In this document: in pieces, positions 8,539 through 18,484 of the stretch
Layout of the letters: every line of letters begins with the position of its first letter
Numbering within the stretch: the stretch's first letter is position 1
Assembly: GCA_965369865.1 (NCBI GenBank)
Contig: CBDURU010000035.1
Location: 1-28,801, forward strand
Direction: 5' to 3'
DNA length: 28,801 bases
Source: an uncultured bacterium
GTDB taxonomy: Bacteria > JAJVIF01 > JAPKYR01
The notes under the pieces: generated by a model
What the model was told of the DNA's origin: nothing
What the model saw: the letters and a program-made list of their open reading frames with translations, nothing else
The model's database searches: none
Position numbers and translations under genes: made by a program

Positions 8539-11500
8539 ATGGCTAGATCATTATTTCTCAGTGCTTTATTTTTTGTGATGTTGGTTACGTTTGGGTGTTC
8601 GGGGAACTCCAGCAGTCCGGTCACTCCCGAAACCGGCGACACCGATCTCGAATTGACCGGTCAGGACTCATTTACTACCGAGAATTCTGATCCGGGACAT
8701 TCCCTGCTTGGATACGGTGAATTTGTTTTCGACCCGGATACCGGGACACTGGAAATTGTCCCCATGCGGTCATCCGAGTTGCATCTCAACATCGTTAAGA
8801 TGGTCGAAAAAATATCATTCGGACTGTCCATTATACCCCCGGTAACGTTCACGGATGGCATTCTGGATGTCAATCTTGCCATCCAGCATCCACTGACCGA
8901 TATGGATCAATTTTCAGTGTTTGATCTGAAATTGGTCATAATATCGGAAGGATCCATGACCGGTTACAGTGATCCTGATATTAAAGTTGCCGACCCGAGT
9001 GAAACGCGTCTTGAAAATGCGGATGGCATGACCAGGTACTGGAACGCTGCTGAATTCTCCAATACCGGTTTCTGGGGCTATTATCCCGGCAACCTTGGTG
9101 CAACTCTGGAACCCGGGAATACCGCGATAATTAACGGCTATAAACTATACGCGGACGGATTCGACATGGATGCCCCAATCGAGGATCTGGATCCCGCAAC
9201 CCGCGCGTTAACAGTCGCGGGTAATCTCGTTGCAAGGAACTTCAAGATCTCATTTGGCACCGGTTTCACTTTTAATTATGCGATGGATGCAAGCTGGGAC
9301 GTGTCGGACCCGAATCCACCGGAAAATCTGCCGGGTGACTTCCCCCCAACGGCAAACCAGCCCGAACCCTGGTGGATCGAAGTCACGGAAATCAATAATA
9401 CACTCTGGTATGTAGAGCCTGATTATGGTGGAAGTGTAAATTACGATATCACCATTCACGACTGGCAGGGAATCGACGACTATGGGACCGTCACGATCGA
9501 CTGTCCTGGAATCTTCACAATGACATCAGATGTGCCGGTTTCGTCGACTGAATTCACCGCCACTTATAACCTTGATGTTATCAATCCTGATCTTACCTCC
9601 AGTGAATCGATCGAGGTTCTTGTATCGATCGGGGTCTCAGGTGATTACGATTCAGTCCTTACCGGCGTTGATAAACCACTTGCGGCTTATCACATGCATC
9701 TGACAGATGTTTACGACAGTGATAACGAAAAACCTGTTGCAATAGCGGAGGCAACATCGGCGACTCATATCATCGAGGGCGAGACCATAAGCTTCGATGC
9801 TTCCGCTTCCTACGATCCCGATGGCTCCCTGGTTAACTGGAAATGGGACATGAACGGCGATGGTGAATACAACGATCCATTTTCCGGAAGCCCCAAAACA
9901 CCGACTGCAACGTTCAATGATCCAGGGATCATTATGGTCGACATTATGGTGTTTGATGATGAGGGTGCATTCGATACACTCGACGAGAAAATTGAGGTTC
10001 TGGTTGTTGATGCCGAGAATGTTCCTCCTGTAGCATTAGCTGAAGCTACGACCAGTCCGAACATATTCATTGGGGAAACTGTGACTTTCGACGCTTCCGC
10101 TTCGCATGACCCGGACGGCGATATTGTTGACTGGAAATGGGACTTCGACGGCGATTTAGACTACAACGACACATTTGATGGAACTATGCAGGTTCCTACG
10201 GTGACCTATAATGAGGCCGGTATTTTCCTGGTCGACCTGATGGTTATCGATAACTCAAGTGGATGGTGCTATCTCGATCAGAAAATTGAAATCGAAGTTA
10301 TAGAGGTACCGAACATTCCTCCTGTAGCCGATGCGGTTGCCACTACACCGACTGAAATTGATGCCTGCGATTCGGTGACTTTTGATGCGACTGGAAGTTA
10401 CGACGATGATGGGACCATTGGCCAATATTTGTGGGATTTCAATGGTGACGGATTTTTCGGCGATTCATACGATTCCGGAACCAGTGACAATCCCACCAGG
10501 TATTTCGACGAGGTAGGTTCGATTGATGTTCAACTGAAAGTAATCGATAATGATTTTGACGAGGATATCCTTGATATTCCCATAACTATCACAACAACGA
10601 ATATCGATCCTGTCGCCGATGCGGTTGCTACAACACCGACCACTATTTACTCAGCGGGTTCAGTTACGTTCAGTGCCCTGGGTTCAACAGATGAAGTCTG
10701 TGACGATATCGTGAGTTATGAATGGGATTTCGATGGTGACACTATTTTCGGTGATTTGTTTGATTCAGGCACTCCCGATAATCCGACCAAAGTCTACATG
10801 TCTATGGGTACATATGAAGTCATGCTTCGTATAACTGATGGTTTTGGCGTTACCGATGATACTGATACTCCGATCACGGTTACAGTAGAGAACGCCCCTC
10901 CGACCTCCTGTGCTGAGATAACAAGTACATGGCCATATATGTGGAACACGGATATCCACTTCTCAGGAGCCTGTTCCTATGATGTAGATGGCACTGTGGA
11001 TCTTTACGAGTGGGATATGGATGCGGACGGAACCTATGAGACTACCGGTGTCGATTTGATCCTGAATATTGCCACAGCCGGTGATTACCAGGTCCAGCTT
11101 CGTGTCACTGATGATCTGGGTGTTACGGACCTGCTCGATGCACCATTAACCTGGCATATTTACGATGATACGAACATAGCTCCCATAATTACCCAGGTCA
11201 ACCATTCCCGAACTACAAGCTATACCGGTGAGGACCCGGTCAGTCTGAGTGTCGAATTTATTGATCCTCCTATCCCACCAGGGGATACTCATACATTCCT
11301 CTGGACTTGTGATTACGGCTCATTCGATGATGAAACAAGCCCGACCCCTGTCTGGACCCCGCCAAACCAGATCGTTGAGTGCGATATCACGTGCAGGATT
11401 ACTGACAGCGAAGGTGGGTGGGATGAGGGAACCTGCCAGCAGTGGGTAACTTCTTATCCGATTTTAAACGAATACAACTCGTATTCTCCTGATGGCGCAT

Positions 11501-11958
11501 TACCCTCAGGGGACCTGGTAGAAGTTTACACAAGCGTAGCCTACGATCCGACCGACTATATCTTCCCGAATTCACCGAATCCAAATGGTAACGTAGTCTT
11601 TATCAACATCTGGGCGTCATGGTGTCCTCCATGTAAGGCTGAGTTACCCCATCTCCTGGCCATGTACAATACATGGAAGGACGATGATTTCATCTTCTTT
11701 GAGCATTCCATTCAAGATAGTTTCAGTGAAATGATGACATACCTTAACGCTAATCCACAGTGGCAGGCTACCTACTGGACGTATGAATATCCACCGACAT
11801 ACTGGCCACAGATCCGTCAATGGATATCACCGGATACCGGCGAAAACTCAATACCACAGTCATTCATATTTGACCGTGACGGCTATATCCGCTTAAGTAA
11901 GCTCGGTTCAATTTCAAGCCCGACTTACTACGATGCCATTCTGGACCAGTTGCTGTAA
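8539..11958 (+). CDS. Large lipoprotein: uncharacterised N-terminal domain, 5 PKD repeats plus one Ig/PKD-like domain, C-terminal TlpA-type thioredoxin
   Basis: AAGGAG SD; lipobox TFGC; five repeats of 'P.A.A....V.FD...S.D.DG....W.WDFDGD'; INIWASWCPPCKAELPHL and IPQSFIFDRDG thioredoxin motifs. Confidence 0.88.
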   Translation: MARSLFLSALFFVMLVTFGCSGNSSSPVTPETGDTDLELTGQDSFTTENSDPGHSLLGYGEFVFDPDTGTLEIVPMRSSELHLNIVKMVEKISFGLSIIPPVTFTDGILDVNLAIQHPLTDMDQFSVFDLKLVIISEGSMTGYSDPDIKVADPSETRLENADGMTRYWNAAEFSNTGFWGYYPGNLGATLEPGNTAIINGYKLYADGFDMDAPIEDLDPATRALTVAGNLVARNFKISFGTGFTFNYAMDASWDVSDPNPPENLPGDFPPTANQPEPWWIEVTEINNTLWYVEPDYGGSVNYDITIHDWQGIDDYGTVTIDCPGIFTMTSDVPVSSTEFTATYNLDVINPDLTSSESIEVLVSIGVSGDYDSVLTGVDKPLAAYHMHLTDVYDSDNEKPVAIAEATSATHIIEGETISFDASASYDPDGSLVNWKWDMNGDGEYNDPFSGSPKTPTATFNDPGIIMVDIMVFDDEGAFDTLDEKIEVLVVDAENVPPVALAEATTSPNIFIGETVTFDASASHDPDGDIVDWKWDFDGDLDYNDTFDGTMQVPTVTYNEAGIFLVDLMVIDNSSGWCYLDQKIEIEVIEVPNIPPVADAVATTPTEIDACDSVTFDATGSYDDDGTIGQYLWDFNGDGFFGDSYDSGTSDNPTRYFDEVGSIDVQLKVIDNDFDEDILDIPITITTTNIDPVADAVATTPTTIYSAGSVTFSALGSTDEVCDDIVSYEWDFDGDTIFGDLFDSGTPDNPTKVYMSMGTYEVMLRITDGFGVTDDTDTPITVTVENAPPTSCAEITSTWPYMWNTDIHFSGACSYDVDGTVDLYEWDMDADGTYETTGVDLILNIATAGDYQVQLRVTDDLGVTDLLDAPLTWHIYDDTNIAPIITQVNHSRTTSYTGEDPVSLSVEFIDPPIPPGDTHTFLWTCDYGSFDDETSPTPVWTPPNQIVECDITCRITDSEGGWDEGTCQQWVTSYPILNEYNSYSPDGALPSGDLVEVYTSVAYDPTDYIFPNSPNPNGNVVFINIWASWCPPCKAELPHLLAMYNTWKDDDFIFFEHSIQDSFSEMMTYLNANPQWQATYWTYEYPPTYWPQIRQWISPDTGENSIPQSFIFDRDGYIRLSKLGSISSPTYYDAILDQLL

Positions 11959-11990
11959 TAATTACGGTCAGAATATTTCTAAATCGAATA

Positions 11991-12025
11991 AAAAAACCCC
12001 TCCGGAATTCCGGGGGTTTCTGTTT
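11991..12025. terminator. Bidirectional intrinsic terminator
   Basis: AAAAAACCCCTCCGGAATTCCGGGGGTTTC hairpin between convergent genes. Confidence 0.75.
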
Positions 12026-12045
12026 GCCTGGATTTTATTAATTGT

Positions 12046-12504
12046 TTAGTCAACCTCGACTATCGCGTCGATTTCTACTGACGCGTTTAAAGGGAGTTCC
12101 GCTGCGCCGATCGCGACCCTGGTATGTTTACCATTTTCGCCAAGGACCTCAACGATAAAATCACTCGCACCGTTTAAAACATCGGGCTGTTTTACGAAAC
12201 CATTATCCGACTGTACATAACCGTTCAGTCGTACGAACCGTTTGATCCTGTCGAGCGACCCGAGATGTGATTTAAGCTGAGCGAGTATATTTATCGCGCA
12301 TATTCTGGCGCCTTCCCTTGCTTTTTTCAGAGCACAGACATTCGGGACGCTGCCCACCGCCATCAATCTTCCATCCTTCATCGGCAATTGCCCCGACACA
12401 AAACACAGGTTTCCCGTCTGGACAACAGGCACATATGATCCCGCAGACCCAGGCGGGGTAGGGAGAACGATCTCCATTTCTCGAAGTTTGTCCTCAACAG
12501 TCAT
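12046..12504 (-). CDS. RidA/YjgF/YER057c/UK114-family protein
   Basis: YVP...GN..FVSGQLP, NGASD, GKHTRVAIG, LPLNASVEID motifs; GGAGG SD. Confidence 0.92.
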   Translation of the reverse strand: MTVEDKLREMEIVLPTPPGSAGSYVPVVQTGNLCFVSGQLPMKDGRLMAVGSVPNVCALKKAREGARICAINILAQLKSHLGSLDRIKRFVRLNGYVQSDNGFVKQPDVLNGASDFIVEVLGENGKHTRVAIGAAELPLNASVEIDAIVEVD

Positions 12505-12527
12505 TTCAAGCCTCCATTAATATAGGA

Positions 12528-13271
12528 TTAGAAAAATGGTTGATTTACGATCGCCTGGTTACCGAGTACATTCGGCATAAACTGGGTTATTAATACCCAG
12601 GCCGAGAGGGCTGTGAGTGTTGGCACTGTAATATTATCGCTGCCCCAAAGGCTTAAGGCTTCAATTATTGTAGCGATTCCCGCAATAAGGAAACCAGCGG
12701 CCAGCAGTGTAAAAATCCTGACGGTGATCCCCATACTTCCTCCAAAAATCGTGAAGATTATTATTGTGAGTATGAATGTGGTTACAAACATGGTGAGACT
12801 TCCGGCGTAGCTTCTTGGCTCACCGTGGACAAAATACATGTTATTCTTTCCGAAAGCCCTGCCGACAATACTGGCTCCCGCGTCGCCAAACGCCATTGTA
12901 AGGATTCCAAGTACAGCAAGGGCCCAGTAATTAGTCCCGTAAAAAACCAGTATGAGAATAATAAAGCTGATCGGGTACAGGACAGTTCCCACATTGCCCC
13001 TGTCTTCCCCCTGGATCTGCGACAGCAGTCCGTATTTATAATCGACCAGGTTGATGATGGTAAAAAGAATGGGTGGGATTAACGCTATCTCCACGTGCTT
13101 AAACGCCCAGGGTATTACAATTATAACCAGGCCCATGAAGACATGTACAAATTTCCTGGTCCCGTCTTTCGAGATCCCAAGCTTTTCCAGGTATTTTGAA
13201 CCAAGTAAAAGGAGAAACGGGTAGATTAAAAACAATATCGCAAAAATAATATCCCGGGTATAAACATTCAT
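12528..13271 (-). CDS. SEC59/DGK1/VTE5-type CTP-dependent lipid kinase (polyprenol/phytol/dolichol kinase-like)
   Basis: RKFVH, GDAGASIVGR, (K/R)S..GS, E......DN.TVP motifs; multi-TM; GGAGG SD. Confidence 0.85.
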   Translation of the reverse strand: MNVYTRDIIFAILFLIYPFLLLLGSKYLEKLGISKDGTRKFVHVFMGLVIIVIPWAFKHVEIALIPPILFTIINLVDYKYGLLSQIQGEDRGNVGTVLYPISFIILILVFYGTNYWALAVLGILTMAFGDAGASIVGRAFGKNNMYFVHGEPRSYAGSLTMFVTTFILTIIIFTIFGGSMGITVRIFTLLAAGFLIAGIATIIEALSLWGSDNITVPTLTALSAWVLITQFMPNVLGNQAIVNQPFF

Positions 13272-13357
13272 AAATAGTTTCCTCCGGTTATTTCACGTGG
13301 AGATTCTAATCGCATTGGGCATTATTGTAAAGGGATAATATAACACTCATATTCTTC

Positions 13358-15160
13358 TTAGTACTCGTTCAAAAGGTTTAATATGTCCTGTCGACTATCA
13401 ACCGGCTCTTGACCGTTCGTATCCGGCCGGTAGAAAAACCAGTACCGTCGCATGAATAACGGGATGAAGGTATCCTGGATCTGGCTTACCGACTCATCAA
13501 TCTCATAATTTTCGAGAATTGCGTTTTCCATTCCCGGTGTAAATCTGTCCCATCCGGCATGACCACCGGCCCCTGGTTGATCGTCGTTATACGGGTCGTT
13601 CACATCGAACCTCAGCATAATGATATCGAATTCCTTATTTACTATTGCATTCACGAATGGCGTCTCATCCCAAAAACCCTCCCGGGCCATCTCGCTCATA
13701 ATGAATGGATTAAACAGCACCTCATGCCCCGCAAGTATGCAGAAACCCTCATCCTCTGAAAGTATCGGGCCGTTTACCGAAGACAGCGTTTCCACGATTC
13801 GCTGCCCGGTCAAATCATCCTCAAGCTGCGGTGTGAACGAATAACCGCGGTTTCCCTCCAGCAATCCCGACTGGAAAATCCCCGCGGGAACCAGTAACAG
13901 CACTGCGAGTATCCATCTAGGTTTTACTTTCAAATTGCCAATAGCGTTCATCATTTCGAATGCAAATATCCCCGCAAGACATGAAGAGGCGATTATCAGG
14001 TTAATAAAGTAATTCAGGTCTGACCCGACTTTCCCCGAGAGCAGTGCGGTTGCCAGGCTTCCAATGAAATAAAACCCCAGTATTCTTTTTTTTCGGTCCT
14101 TGAAAACCCCCGGAAGGGTAAAGATCGCCAGTAACAGGATTATCGAATGCGCCGGTAGAATCCATTTGGCTGCGGTTAGAATACGCTCCGGGTAAAACTG
14201 GGTCCTGGTATATACGACCGTATGCCTCCAGAACTCACCGCCGGTTAAAAATTGCAGCAGCATTAGAATGGCTGCGACACCGATAATCCACCCGACTACT
14301 ATAACCACCCCGGTCGTGGTGCTTGTTCCATTGGTTCCCTGGCCCTGTTTTCGTGTGAGGAGCAATGACGCTGCAATCGCAAATGCGGCTTCTACGGATG
14401 ATTGCCTCGTGAATATCGCCGCAATAAGAAACGGGAGCGACCAGAATATCCCGGCACCGCGTGCGGAGATCGCAATCCATAATGCTATTATGCCAAGTGC
14501 CGACGCGAGAATATCCACCCTTAAAAGTGCTCCCCAGAAATAAATAACCGGACTTGCCAGAACCATCAGGCCCGCAATCCATCCGGCCGTCCTGTTTTTC
14601 GTCACACCGTACACACATCCCGCCGCAGCTACTGCGAGCATGAATGTGGAGATCACCGAAATGAAACGTCCTGCGAAAAACGATGCATTGTCCGGATCGG
14701 TAAAGATAGAAAGAATTGCCGGGTAAACGGGTGGATAGTTGGTTACGATGTAAGGTGCCGGACCGATAGCCTGGTAGAGCTGTCTCCCGCTGGCAAGAAG
14801 AATTGCCTGGTTAAGGCAGAATCCTTCGCCATCATCGAGGGGGTATGGAAAAGTGAGATAGTGATAACAATGCTCGGCCAGGCTCAGTACCGAGGCGATT
14901 CCCACGGCCAGGATAAGAGGAATCAGGAATTGATATACCGGATTTTTATTATTTTTTAAAGCCTTGTAGCCCTCAAGTAGGACCCGGATTCCGCCGACAA
15001 TTACCAGGAGAACTGAAATCCAGGCTAGTATGGGAGGAATGGCGTTTATTCCCCCACTTAAAATCCAAAGGCCGATCCCTGCAAGGATTGCTGCAATAAT
15101 GCTGGTTAAACCGGCTTTACTGTATTTAGATGATTCGAAGTTTGTTTGATTTTGTTCCAT
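13358..15160 (-). CDS. GT-C fold membrane glycosyltransferase (ArnT/PMT-like)
   Basis: Acidic D.GEG in the first loop, NYPPVY, GR.IS, RVD, TRQ motifs; more than 12 TM segments and a C-terminal extracytoplasmic domain. Confidence 0.72.
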   Translation of the reverse strand: MEQNQTNFESSKYSKAGLTSIIAAILAGIGLWILSGGINAIPPILAWISVLLVIVGGIRVLLEGYKALKNNKNPVYQFLIPLILAVGIASVLSLAEHCYHYLTFPYPLDDGEGFCLNQAILLASGRQLYQAIGPAPYIVTNYPPVYPAILSIFTDPDNASFFAGRFISVISTFMLAVAAAGCVYGVTKNRTAGWIAGLMVLASPVIYFWGALLRVDILASALGIIALWIAISARGAGIFWSLPFLIAAIFTRQSSVEAAFAIAASLLLTRKQGQGTNGTSTTTGVVIVVGWIIGVAAILMLLQFLTGGEFWRHTVVYTRTQFYPERILTAAKWILPAHSIILLLAIFTLPGVFKDRKKRILGFYFIGSLATALLSGKVGSDLNYFINLIIASSCLAGIFAFEMMNAIGNLKVKPRWILAVLLLVPAGIFQSGLLEGNRGYSFTPQLEDDLTGQRIVETLSSVNGPILSEDEGFCILAGHEVLFNPFIMSEMAREGFWDETPFVNAIVNKEFDIIMLRFDVNDPYNDDQPGAGGHAGWDRFTPGMENAILENYEIDESVSQIQDTFIPLFMRRYWFFYRPDTNGQEPVDSRQDILNLLNEY

Positions 15161-15273
15161 TGAATACTACGCAAATGGTCTGGATTATGGTAAATTGTTT
15201 TAGAAGGTCTCCTGATTATAATGTAGGGAGATCGAATTTGAATTCTATTGTCCGCCGGATCCTCTGGAAACGT

Positions 15274-15302
15274 TTGACATTGCTTCTCCGGTGGGCTACG
15301 AT
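15274..15302 (+). promoter_or_regulatory. Sigma70 promoter TTGACA-17-TACGAT for the PilB/GspE gene
   Basis: Perfect -35, 17-nt spacer, near-consensus -10. Confidence 0.6.
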
Positions 15303-15383
15303 ATTATTTCCTGTACGCAGAAGACAGGTGTTGAGTATTGCGTGTCTTAGTTAAGATTATATACGAGGAAATGCTTGAAATAA

Positions 15384-17291
15384 ATGGTTCCTAAGGATCA
15401 AAAGAGGGAAAAAATAGGCCAGATCCTCATTAGTACCGGCTCGATTACCAGTGAGGAACTGGATAGGGGTCTTGATTTTCAAAAATCCAATCCTGAAGAT
15501 AAAATCGGTATTATTCTTGTCCGCCAGGGTTTTTGTACAAAGGACGATGTCGCGCTGGCTTACGAAAAGCAGACCGGCATCAAGTTTAAAAGCCTTGTCG
15601 ATTACGAATACACAAAAGACCTCGAAGCAGTGGTTCCTCCTGACACCATGAATAAGTTCATGGTTCTGCCAATCCGGGTTGTCGACGACAGCCTGGAAGT
15701 CGCGATGGTGGATCCCCTCGACTTCGTTCTCCGCGAGAATCTACGGATGATTACCGGGATGAAAATCATCCCGTACATTTCCCACGAGGACCAGATCCGG
15801 GAAATTATCTTCCAGAAGGTCGGTAAGAAATTCGCTACGGATGAATACATCACCGCAGCGATGGACCAGTACAGCGATGAAGATGATACTATAAACATCT
15901 CCAAGAGCCTGCAGAGCGAGGGCATGGACGCGGTGAATGCCGGTCCTGTCGTACGGCTCGTTACCACGATAATTACCGAAGCTGTCGAATCGGGCGCTTC
16001 GGATATTCATGTCGAACCGACCGAGGTCGAGGTCGTTGTCAGGTATCGTATCGACGGTATTCTCCATAAAATAATGACGATACCCGCCAAGATCAAAAAC
16101 CCGACTGTTTCCCGTCTGAAGATTCTCGCCAATTTAGATATCGCTGAGCGCAGGAAACCGCAGGACGGCCGTATGAGTTCCAAGATCGCGGGTAAGGACC
16201 TTGACTTCCGTGTCAGTTGTCTCCCGACAGTCTACGGTGAGAAACTCGTACTCCGAATTCTCGATAAAGGAAACGCGCTGGTCGGCCTGGAAAAACTCGG
16301 CCTTGAGGAGCATGACGATAAATTTGTCCGCGAAATGTCAACGAGTCCATGGGGCATCATGATAGTCAGTGGACCTACCGGATCCGGTAAATCCACGACA
16401 CTTTACTCCATACTTAGCATGCTCAATAACACCAAAGTCAACATCGTGACTATTGAAGATCCCGTTGAGTACACTCTTGAGGGTATCAACCAGGTAGAGG
16501 TTAACTACAAGGCTGGACTTGATTTCTCCGCAGCACTGCGAAGTTTCCTTCGCCAGGACCCGGATATCATCCTCGTTGGTGAGGTTCGTGACAAGGAAAC
16601 CCTTCATGCGGCTGTTGAAGCATCCCTGACAGGCCATCTTGTTTTCACCACCCTCCACACCAACGATGCGCCCTCAAGTGTCGTTCGTATGGTCCAGATG
16701 GGCGCTCCGAACTACCTTGTTGCCGCTTCCGCGATCGGCGTTCTCTCCCAGCGGCTACTCCGAACCGTATGTTCGGTATGCAAGGAGCCTCTCCCGATTA
16801 CTGAGGAATTCAGGACCACATTCAGGCGTTACTTCGGTTCCGACAACCGTTATATCAGGGTGGATGAGGCCCTCACAAAGGCCAGGCTGTTTAAGGGACG
16901 CGGCTGTACAATCTGTCGTGGAACCGGTTACAAGGGGCGTTCAGGGATCTTTGAAGCGATGCGGGTAAGTCCCAAAATCCGCGAACTTATTTTGCGTGAC
17001 GCGTCTACCGACGATATCCGTAAACAAGCCGTTTCAGAAGGAATGGTGACTCTGGAGCAGTCGGCATTGCTTAAAGTCCTGAGAGGGATAACTACCATTG
17101 ATGAAGCTATGCGTATCACGACCCTGCGCAGGGAAGAGATCGGTGAGGTTGTCGAGGCCGCACACCTTCTCGACGAGGTTCCTGACAGCAGTGAGATGGG
17201 TGTCAGCCCGGGTGACGGTCATCTCGACGAAATGCCCGAGGAAAACCTCCTCGACGAAGCCAGCCCGGAACTCCTCGACGATGAGCTGTAA
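15384..17291 (+). CDS. pilB: Type IV pilus / type II secretion assembly ATPase (PilB/GspE family)
   Basis: MshEN-like N-terminus, ASDIHVEP, PQDGR, GPTGSGKSTT, TIEDPVE, LRQDPDIILVGEVRD, STLH-like TTLHTN, CxxC...CxxC. Confidence 0.9.
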   Translation: MVPKDQKREKIGQILISTGSITSEELDRGLDFQKSNPEDKIGIILVRQGFCTKDDVALAYEKQTGIKFKSLVDYEYTKDLEAVVPPDTMNKFMVLPIRVVDDSLEVAMVDPLDFVLRENLRMITGMKIIPYISHEDQIREIIFQKVGKKFATDEYITAAMDQYSDEDDTINISKSLQSEGMDAVNAGPVVRLVTTIITEAVESGASDIHVEPTEVEVVVRYRIDGILHKIMTIPAKIKNPTVSRLKILANLDIAERRKPQDGRMSSKIAGKDLDFRVSCLPTVYGEKLVLRILDKGNALVGLEKLGLEEHDDKFVREMSTSPWGIMIVSGPTGSGKSTTLYSILSMLNNTKVNIVTIEDPVEYTLEGINQVEVNYKAGLDFSAALRSFLRQDPDIILVGEVRDKETLHAAVEASLTGHLVFTTLHTNDAPSSVVRMVQMGAPNYLVAASAIGVLSQRLLRTVCSVCKEPLPITEEFRTTFRRYFGSDNRYIRVDEALTKARLFKGRGCTICRGTGYKGRSGIFEAMRVSPKIRELILRDASTDDIRKQAVSEGMVTLEQSALLKVLRGITTIDEAMRITTLRREEIGEVVEAAHLLDEVPDSSEMGVSPGDGHLDEMPEENLLDEASPELLDDEL

Positions 17292-17394
17292 TAGAAATCT
17301 GAAATCCATTCCCCGTTAAAAATTTCACTTGCTACTATCCCTCCCAGGGAGTAACATTAGCGTATCCATCCACCCCCCAGGGAGGGTTTTTGAT

Positions 17395-18474
17395 ATGCGT
17401 GTCGGTATCATCGGTCTCGGACAGAGTGGTAAATCCAGCATCTTCTATTCCATGACAGGGCAGCCGCTCGAACCCCCGAGCGGAAAACCACGAAGGAGAC
17501 TCGGCAGAGCTACAATCCCGGAACCAAGGGTAGATCTTGTAGCGAAACTGGACAATTCCAAGAAAACCTCGTACCCCGAAATTGTATTTATCGATCCCGA
17601 GGGATTCCCGGCGGATGTTGCTAAAAGCCTTAGTGCAGAGATGCTGGGGATGGTACGGAACGCCGATTTCCTCGCGCTGGTGATCCGGGCATTCCCGGCT
17701 CCGGCGGTTATGCATCCTTCCGGAAGCGTCGACGGCGCGCGTGACATCGAGATATGTTTCGGGGACCTGATAATCCAGGACCTTGCGGTTCTCGAGATCC
17801 GACATAAAAAAGTGTTGAAAGAATACGAAAGGGGTAAAAGGGACCTTAAGAGAGAGCTTAAAGCTATCGAGAAGTCCATGGCTCTGCTGGAGGAAGGGAA
17901 ATTCTTAAGGCAGGGAGATCTTGCCGACATCGATAAGAAGCAACTGGAGTCATTCGAACTGCTGACAATGAAGGATGGCATTATTGTCTGGAATGTGGAC
18001 GAGAAAGCCGAATTCGGTAGTGGTGGTCGTGGTATTCCGGAAGACATAAAGGGTATATGCGATGAGTACGGATGGGGTGCGGGTGCCGCGAGCCTCGCGA
18101 TTGAAACGGAAATCATGGAGATGGATCCAGGTGACAGGAAGGAATTTCTCGATGATCTGGGGATAGAGAAAACCATCCAGGACCGATTCCTCACCGCGGT
18201 TTATAAACGTCTGGGTTTAATCACATTTTTCACCGGAGGACCGAAAGAAGCTGCCGCGCGTCCGATCCCTACCGGAACTACGGCTTTTAATGCTGCTGGG
18301 AAGGTGCATAACGATATCCAGCGTGGATTCATCAGGGCGGAGGTTATGAGTTTTATGGACCTGGAGGAGTTAGGAAGCGTCGATGCGGTGAGAAAAGCCG
18401 GGAAATATCGTCTGGAAAAGAAGGAATATATCGTCCAGGACGGGGACATCATCCATTTCAGGTTTAATGTTTAG
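17395..18474 (+). CDS. ychF: YchF/Obg-like ATPase, divergent, with C-terminal TGS (DUF933) domain
   Basis: ATG at 17395 after GGAGGG; GLGQSGKSS P-loop, IPEPRVD, NVDE, AAGKVHNDIQRGFIRAEV, YIVQDGDIIHFRFNV. Confidence 0.85.
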   Translation: MRVGIIGLGQSGKSSIFYSMTGQPLEPPSGKPRRRLGRATIPEPRVDLVAKLDNSKKTSYPEIVFIDPEGFPADVAKSLSAEMLGMVRNADFLALVIRAFPAPAVMHPSGSVDGARDIEICFGDLIIQDLAVLEIRHKKVLKEYERGKRDLKRELKAIEKSMALLEEGKFLRQGDLADIDKKQLESFELLTMKDGIIVWNVDEKAEFGSGGRGIPEDIKGICDEYGWGAGAASLAIETEIMEMDPGDRKEFLDDLGIEKTIQDRFLTAVYKRLGLITFFTGGPKEAAARPIPTGTTAFNAAGKVHNDIQRGFIRAEVMSFMDLEELGSVDAVRKAGKYRLEKKEYIVQDGDIIHFRFNV

Positions 18475-18484
18475 TTAATATTTA

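Noticed and set aside
9724..11160. DNA repeat array
   Set aside because: These are diverged PKD domain repeats within one CDS.
17445..18194. Long antisense or alternative-frame ORFs (also 2090..2818, 20866..21507, 28031..28624)
   Set aside because: They overlap well-supported genes and show no recognisable motifs; treated as shadow ORFs.
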